From contig JACRMK010000007.1 of the NCBI GenBank assembly GCA_016235055.1, forward strand, positions 85,066 to 149,065: DNA of 64,000 bases, written 5' to 3'. A program made the position numbers and the translations under genes. Position 1 is the stretch's first letter. Every line of letters starts with the position of its first letter. Below the pieces are notes generated by a model. The model was not told where the DNA came from. It saw only the letters and a program-made list of their open reading frames with translations, and ran no database searches. The DNA is from Chloroflexota bacterium. GTDB lineage: Bacteria; Chloroflexota; Anaerolineae; JACRMK01. Of this stretch, positions 58,325 through 64,000 are shown one piece after another.

Positions 58325-58795
58325 CTACAGGCTTTTTGCGATCGCGGCGATCTGCGCGGCGTGCTCCTCGCCGTGCTCGGCCAGCCGCTGGGCGAAGAAC
58401 TCCAGCGTCCGCGTGCCGAACTCGGGATGACTGCCCGTCTTCTGCCAGTCGGCGTCGGACAGCGTCGACAGCAGGCGCGCCATCATCTCGTGCTCGCTGG
58501 CGATCAGGCTGGCGATATCGGACGCACTTTCGCCGGCGTCCGGGTGTGACTTGCGGAACTCGTCCTCGTCGTACGTTTGAAAGACCGGCTCGGTCTCGGC
58601 GATCAGGCGGCGCGCGCGCAGACCGTAGGCGAAGACCGCCACGTCGCGCGTGTGCATCAGCGCCTGCCGCATCGACCACTCGCCCGCTTTGGGCGCGGTC
58701 GCGTGCTTGTCGGCCGGCACCGAGTTTACGGACTCCCCCAGCGCCTTTCCCGCGGCGCGGATGCGCCGGACAATCTCAGTGTGTTGTGCATTCAT
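58325..58795 (-). CDS. DinB/YfiT-like (DinB_2) family protein
   Basis: It is a four-helix bundle with the conserved His triad positions (MHTRD...EHGEEHAAQI). GGAG is the RBS. Confidence 0.6.
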   Translation of the reverse strand: MNAQHTEIVRRIRAAGKALGESVNSVPADKHATAPKAGEWSMRQALMHTRDVAVFAYGLRARRLIAETEPVFQTYDEDEFRKSHPDAGESASDIASLIASEHEMMARLLSTLSDADWQKTGSHPEFGTRTLEFFAQRLAEHGEEHAAQIAAIAKSL

Positions 58796-58836
58796 AGGTG
58801 ATCTCCTCGTGAGTTGGATGCGCGTTAGCGCGCTGG

Positions 58837-59703
58837 TCAACGAAATAGATGGTAAGCGGCCGGAATGTATGGCCACGGATCAACGGCGTCAAACGCCGCG
58901 AGCAGGCGCTGATCGGTTGGTGCGTCGGGATGGTACTGGGCGCGCCACCGCACGAATGGGAGAACCCACAATCTTGCCGTGGCAAACTCGCGCCAGACCA
59001 ACTCGCCGATAACACCGCAGCGTTCGCGGAAACGCTGCCGCTCAAATTCGGCCCAGAGCGTCGCCGTGTCGTACGGCACGTGCCGGAACTCCGCGACCCA
59101 TGTGCCATCGACAGCCCGCAGCAGCATGTAGCGCGCATCCGTTGTGCCATTGACCGGCGCGCCGACCGTGCCCGGATTCAGCACGCGCCAGCGCCCGGCC
59201 CGCAGGTCCATCGGCAGGTGCGTGTGGCCGGCAATGATCGTCGTCTCCTCGATGCCAGCCAGCAGCGGTTCCAGCTCGGCTTCGGTCATTGCGGGGAACA
59301 GCGATTCCCACGCGCTGCGCGGCGAGCCATGCACGACCCGGATCGGCGGCGCATCGGGAAAGCGCAGGCTCAACGTATCCGGCATGGCGGCGATGGTGCG
59401 GTGCCAGTGCCCCTGCAACTGCTCGGCCAGCCACGGCAACAGCGGGAAGCGCGACGGATCGCCCCACTCGGCGGGCGCACGCGGCGTGTTGTAGTCGAGC
59501 ACGTAGAACTCGTTATTGCCGCGAATGAGCGCCCACCCTTCGCGCGCAGCCACGTCCATCACCTGCGCGGAGAACGGCCCCCAGTTGACGAGATCACCCG
59601 CCACCACGATCCGGTCTATCGGGAACTGCGTCATGTCGCGCCGGACCACTTCGAGCGCGGGCAGGTTGCCGTGAATATCCGACAGAACCGCGAGCGTCGT
59701 CAT
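58837..59703 (-). CDS. Metallophosphoesterase (calcineurin-like) family protein
   Basis: It has the LSDIHGN, GDLVNWG, GNNE and GHTH motifs. Confidence 0.8.
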   Translation of the reverse strand: MTTLAVLSDIHGNLPALEVVRRDMTQFPIDRIVVAGDLVNWGPFSAQVMDVAAREGWALIRGNNEFYVLDYNTPRAPAEWGDPSRFPLLPWLAEQLQGHWHRTIAAMPDTLSLRFPDAPPIRVVHGSPRSAWESLFPAMTEAELEPLLAGIEETTIIAGHTHLPMDLRAGRWRVLNPGTVGAPVNGTTDARYMLLRAVDGTWVAEFRHVPYDTATLWAEFERQRFRERCGVIGELVWREFATARLWVLPFVRWRAQYHPDAPTDQRLLAAFDAVDPWPYIPAAYHLFR

Positions 59704-59763
59704 CTGCGTATATGTTAAGCGGGACTGCGTAATGCCGCAAACAACCTGCAATACACGCCGCTG

Positions 59764-60566
59764 CTACCGCGCCGTCGCGGCAACCGGATCGCCCAGCGCG
59801 ATCATGCCGGTCTGGCCGCTGACGAGGTTCTGCCCAAAGTAGACGCCGGGGCGCGGGTCGGTGCTGTGGCGGAAGCCGGCGAGCGTTTGCAGCGGCTCGG
59901 CGCCGACCGTTGCGGTCGCCTGGTCGGTGGTCGTGATAGCGCAGCGGGCGCACGGCTTGACGACGCCGAAGCGCACGCCGGCGATGACCACGTCCGACCA
60001 GCCATCCTCCACGAACGGCGCACCGCCCGCCACGACGATATTCGGGCGGAAGCGGTTCATCAGCAGTGGCTGCGCCAGCCGGGTGTTCAGGTTGTCCAGC
60101 GATTCCTGCGAGATGAGCAGGAACGGGTAGCCATCGGCGAAGCCGGTCTGGTCGTCGGCGCGGCGCGCAAACGCCGGGTCGACGGTGCGCGTGTGCTCGT
60201 CGGCGATGCACACCAGGCGGCACGACGCGCCGAGGTAGTCGCTGAACCAGGCGGCGGCCTCGCGTCCCTGGTCGACTGCGGCGCAGGTGTCGCGCCAGAT
60301 GCCGACATTGCTGCGGGGGCCGTCGTTGCCGACCGTCAGCGACAGGTCGGACTTCCCCGGCGCGCGGACAGTCAGACAGTTGCCCGCCAGTTCCGGGGCA
60401 ATCAGCGCCAGGCGCGGGTACTCGCGCTGCGTCAGGAACAGCCCGTCATCATCCACCACCATCAGCAGCCGATCGTCCTGCAGGCCGCGCGGGGTGACCT
60501 GCGTGCGATTGACCGCCGTGCCCCGGCACGATTTGATCGGATAGATGTAGAGTCCCGTTACGCTAA

Positions 60567-60570
<4 letters not shown>
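59764..60570 (-). CDS. MOSC domain protein (N-terminal beta-barrel plus MOSC)
   Basis: The family pattern is present, including the conserved Cys in VKPCARCAITT. Confidence 0.75.
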
Positions 60571-61821
<1,251 letters not shown>

Positions 61822-61829
<8 letters not shown>

Positions 61830-63105
61830 ACGTCTCCAGCCGGCGCTTGACCGCCGCGAGAAAGCGGTCGCCGTCGGCGCCGTCGAGCGCGCGATGGTCG
61901 AAGGTCAGGCCGACATTGGCCGTCAGGCGGATGGCGATGGCGTCGTCAATTACGATCGGGCGCTTGGCAATCGCGCCGACGCCCATGATCGCCACCTGCG
62001 GCTGAACGATGATCGGCGTGCCAAACAGCCCGCCGCCCCGGCCCGGGTTCGTGATGGTGAAGGTGCCGCCCTGCACGTCGTCGGGGCGCAGGCGCTTGTC
62101 GCGCGCGCGCCGCGCCAGATCGTTCACCGCGCGGGCAATGCCGAGCAGGCTCAACTCGTCAGCATTCTTGAGCACCGGCACGATCAGGCCATCCTCCAGC
62201 GCCACGGCGATGCCGATGTTGATGGCGCGGTGCAGCAGCATGCCCTGCATGGAGAAACTGCTGTTGGCCTGCGGCTGCTCGCGCAGGACGCGGGCCGCCA
62301 CTTCCACGAAGTAGGCGGTGTAGGTCAGATCGGCGTCCTGGCGGGCAAACGCATCCTTGTTGGCAGCATAGTGCGCGGCCACGCGCGACAGGTCGATCTC
62401 GAACACCGAGGTCACGTGCGGCGCAGTCTGCACGCTCTTCAGCATGTTCTCGGCGATGGCGCGGCGCATCGGCGACAGCGGCACGAACTCGTCCTCGCCG
62501 GCAGTCGGCGCGGCGGGAGCCGGAACCGGCGCGGGAGTGGCCTCGCGCACGACGGGCGCGGAGGCCGGAATGGGCGACACGGCAGCGAGTGGTGGTACGC
62601 TTGGCGCAGGGGCCGTGGCCGGAACTGCGGCACGCGCCAGGTATGCCTCGACATCACGCTTGGTGACGCGCCCTTCCTCGCCAGTGCCCTTGAGCTGCGA
62701 CATGTCGATGCTGTGCTCGGCGACGAGACGCGCCACGACCGGCGACAGGTAGGTCGCGCGCGAGCGGGGCGCAGCCACCGGCGCGGGTGCGGCGGCCACG
62801 GCAGGCACGGCAGCACGCGGGGCAGCGGTCGCTACCGGGGATGACGCAGAACCAGGCGCCTGCTCGCCCGGCTCACCCACGACGGCAATCGGCGTGCCGA
62901 CGCGCACGGTTTCGCCCTCGGCAACCAGCAGAGCCAGCACGACGCCCGCCGCGGGCGACGGAATCTCGGTGTTCACCTTGTCGGTGATCACCTCGACGAG
63001 CGGCTCATAGAGCATCACGCGGTCGCCCGCGCGCTTCAACCACTGGCCGACCGTGCCCTCGACCACCGATTCGCCCAGTTGCGGCATCTTCACCTGTGTT
63101 GCCAT
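61822..63105 (-). CDS. 2-oxoacid dehydrogenase E2 (dihydrolipoamide acyltransferase), intact
   Basis: It has a lipoyl domain with the canonical ITDKVNTEIPSP, a PSBD, and a catalytic domain ending in LTFDHRALDGADG. GGAG is the RBS. Confidence 0.9.
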
Positions 63106-63291
63106 GTCAGCGTCTCCACGTTTACTTCTTTTTCGACTTGATAATGCCCCAACGAACTTGTCATGCATGTCCTGTGCACGGCGGCTTCGCCGCCGTCCGC
63201 CGCAAAGCGGCGGGCACAGGATGAAACGTGAACGCAAGGCCTGCGAATTTCTTGAAACTGTGCGCGTGAAGCATCTAGAGCATTTTGTAGA

Positions 63292-63344
63292 AACATCGGG
63301 CACGCCATGCGGTTCGCCGGGTAGGGGCAGGTCTTTGACCTGCC
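63292..63344. repeat. Structured element GTAGGGG-[hairpin gggcaggtc/gacctgccc]-[hairpin ggacaggcc/ggcctgtcc]-CCCTAC
   Basis: It has the same outer-stem-plus-two-hairpin architecture as 646-708 and 753-831. It sits in a 415-bp gap between the E1beta and E2 genes. Confidence 0.6.
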
Positions 63345-63520
63345 CAGCGGACAGGCCAAAGGCCTGTCCCTACATGCGTCGTGCAGCACTATATCGGATC
63401 ATTTCGCAAACCGCTATAGGCTCGTCCCGATGCTTGGCACACGCAGATTTCAGGCTCTTCGCGCGCGAGGCGATCGTGAAAGCGCTTGATTCGACCTTCG
63501 CGCTCAGAGTGACATAGTTA

Positions 63521-64000
63521 TCAATACCGCGCCAGCTTGCGCATCGCGTCGGCGATCTTCTGCGGGTTGGGCAGCAGCCACTGCTCCTGACCCGGATCAT
63601 GCGCCATGGCCGGCACGTCGGGCGTCGTCACGCGCATGACTGGCGCATCGAGATACTCGTACGCTTCCTCACTAAGCGTCGCCGCGATCTCGCCGGTGAA
63701 CGAGTAACTGCGCGTGTCCTCAGTCACCGCCAGGCACTTGCCGGTCTTGCGCACCGAGCCAACGATGGTCTCGCGGTCGAGCGGCAACAGCGTGCGCAAA
63801 TCGATGACCTCGGCATTCACGCCCTCGGCCGCCAGCGTCTGCGCCGCCTCAAGGCACTGGTGCAGCATCAGGCCGTAGCTGACGACCGTCATGTCGGCGC
63901 CCTCGCGCGCGATGCGCGCCCGTCCGATCGGCACCGTATACTCGCCGTCGGGCACGTCGTCCTTGATCGAGCGGTACGCCTTCTTGTGCTCGAAGAAGAC
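63521..64000 (-). CDS. 2-oxoacid dehydrogenase E1 component beta subunit (transketolase C-terminal domain), 5'-truncated by the window edge
   Basis: Its C-terminal region has the pattern MVVSYGLMLHQCLEAA...IDLRTLLPLD. Confidence 0.85.
   Translation of the reverse strand, partial: VFFEHKKAYRSIKDDVPDGEYTVPIGRARIAREGADMTVVSYGLMLHQCLEAAQTLAAEGVNAEVIDLRTLLPLDRETIVGSVRKTGKCLAVTEDTRSYSFTGEIAATLSEEAYEYLDAPVMRVTTPDVPAMAHDPGQEQWLLPNPQKIADAMRKLARY

Overview
This is a very G+C-rich (about two-thirds GC by eye), gene-dense bacterial chromosomal window. Its gene content (archaeal-type cofactor-independent phosphoglycerate mutase, a DUF1786 protein, a GT39-like glycosyltransferase with tandem C-terminal domains, many Shine-Dalgarno sites) is compatible with a Chloroflexota-like organism, but the taxon cannot be proven from sequence alone. 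I found no rRNA, tRNA or CRISPR array.

Coding content:
- A purine-catabolism-like cluster: a GNAT acetyltransferase, a two-gene xanthine-dehydrogenase-family Mo-hydroxylase (FAD plus 2Fe-2S fused subunit and a Mo large subunit), and an adenine deaminase.
- A complex-iron-sulfur-molybdoenzyme operon: a fused ferredoxin/NrfD membrane subunit, a 951-aa Mo-bisPGD catalytic subunit without a Tat signal, a WrbA flavodoxin, a histidine phosphatase, a TorD-like chaperone, then DUF2270, TauE/SafE and DUF1634 membrane proteins.
- An ArsR regulator followed by three SRPBCC proteins and two DHFR-like proteins.
- A paralogous SPFH (HflK/C-like) pair.
- A 2-oxoacid dehydrogenase E1beta/E2 locus at the right edge, and a second, catalytically degenerate E2 paralog at the left edge.
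- Two NB-ARC/TPR signal-transduction ATPases, one of them with a SARP N-terminus.

Non-coding content is unusually rich. There are at least three families of MITE-like dispersed elements with terminal inverted repeats, one of them nested inside another. There is an inverted-repeat-flanked single-gene cassette carrying a GxxExxY-family gene. There are structured GTAGGGG...CCCCTAC elements beside both E2 paralogs, a family of imperfect-hairpin intergenic repeats, and an islet with duplicated SMI1/KNR4 immunity-like genes plus a chimeric fragment.

Many long antisense or out-of-frame ORFs in the six-frame track are artefacts of the high GC content and were rejected.
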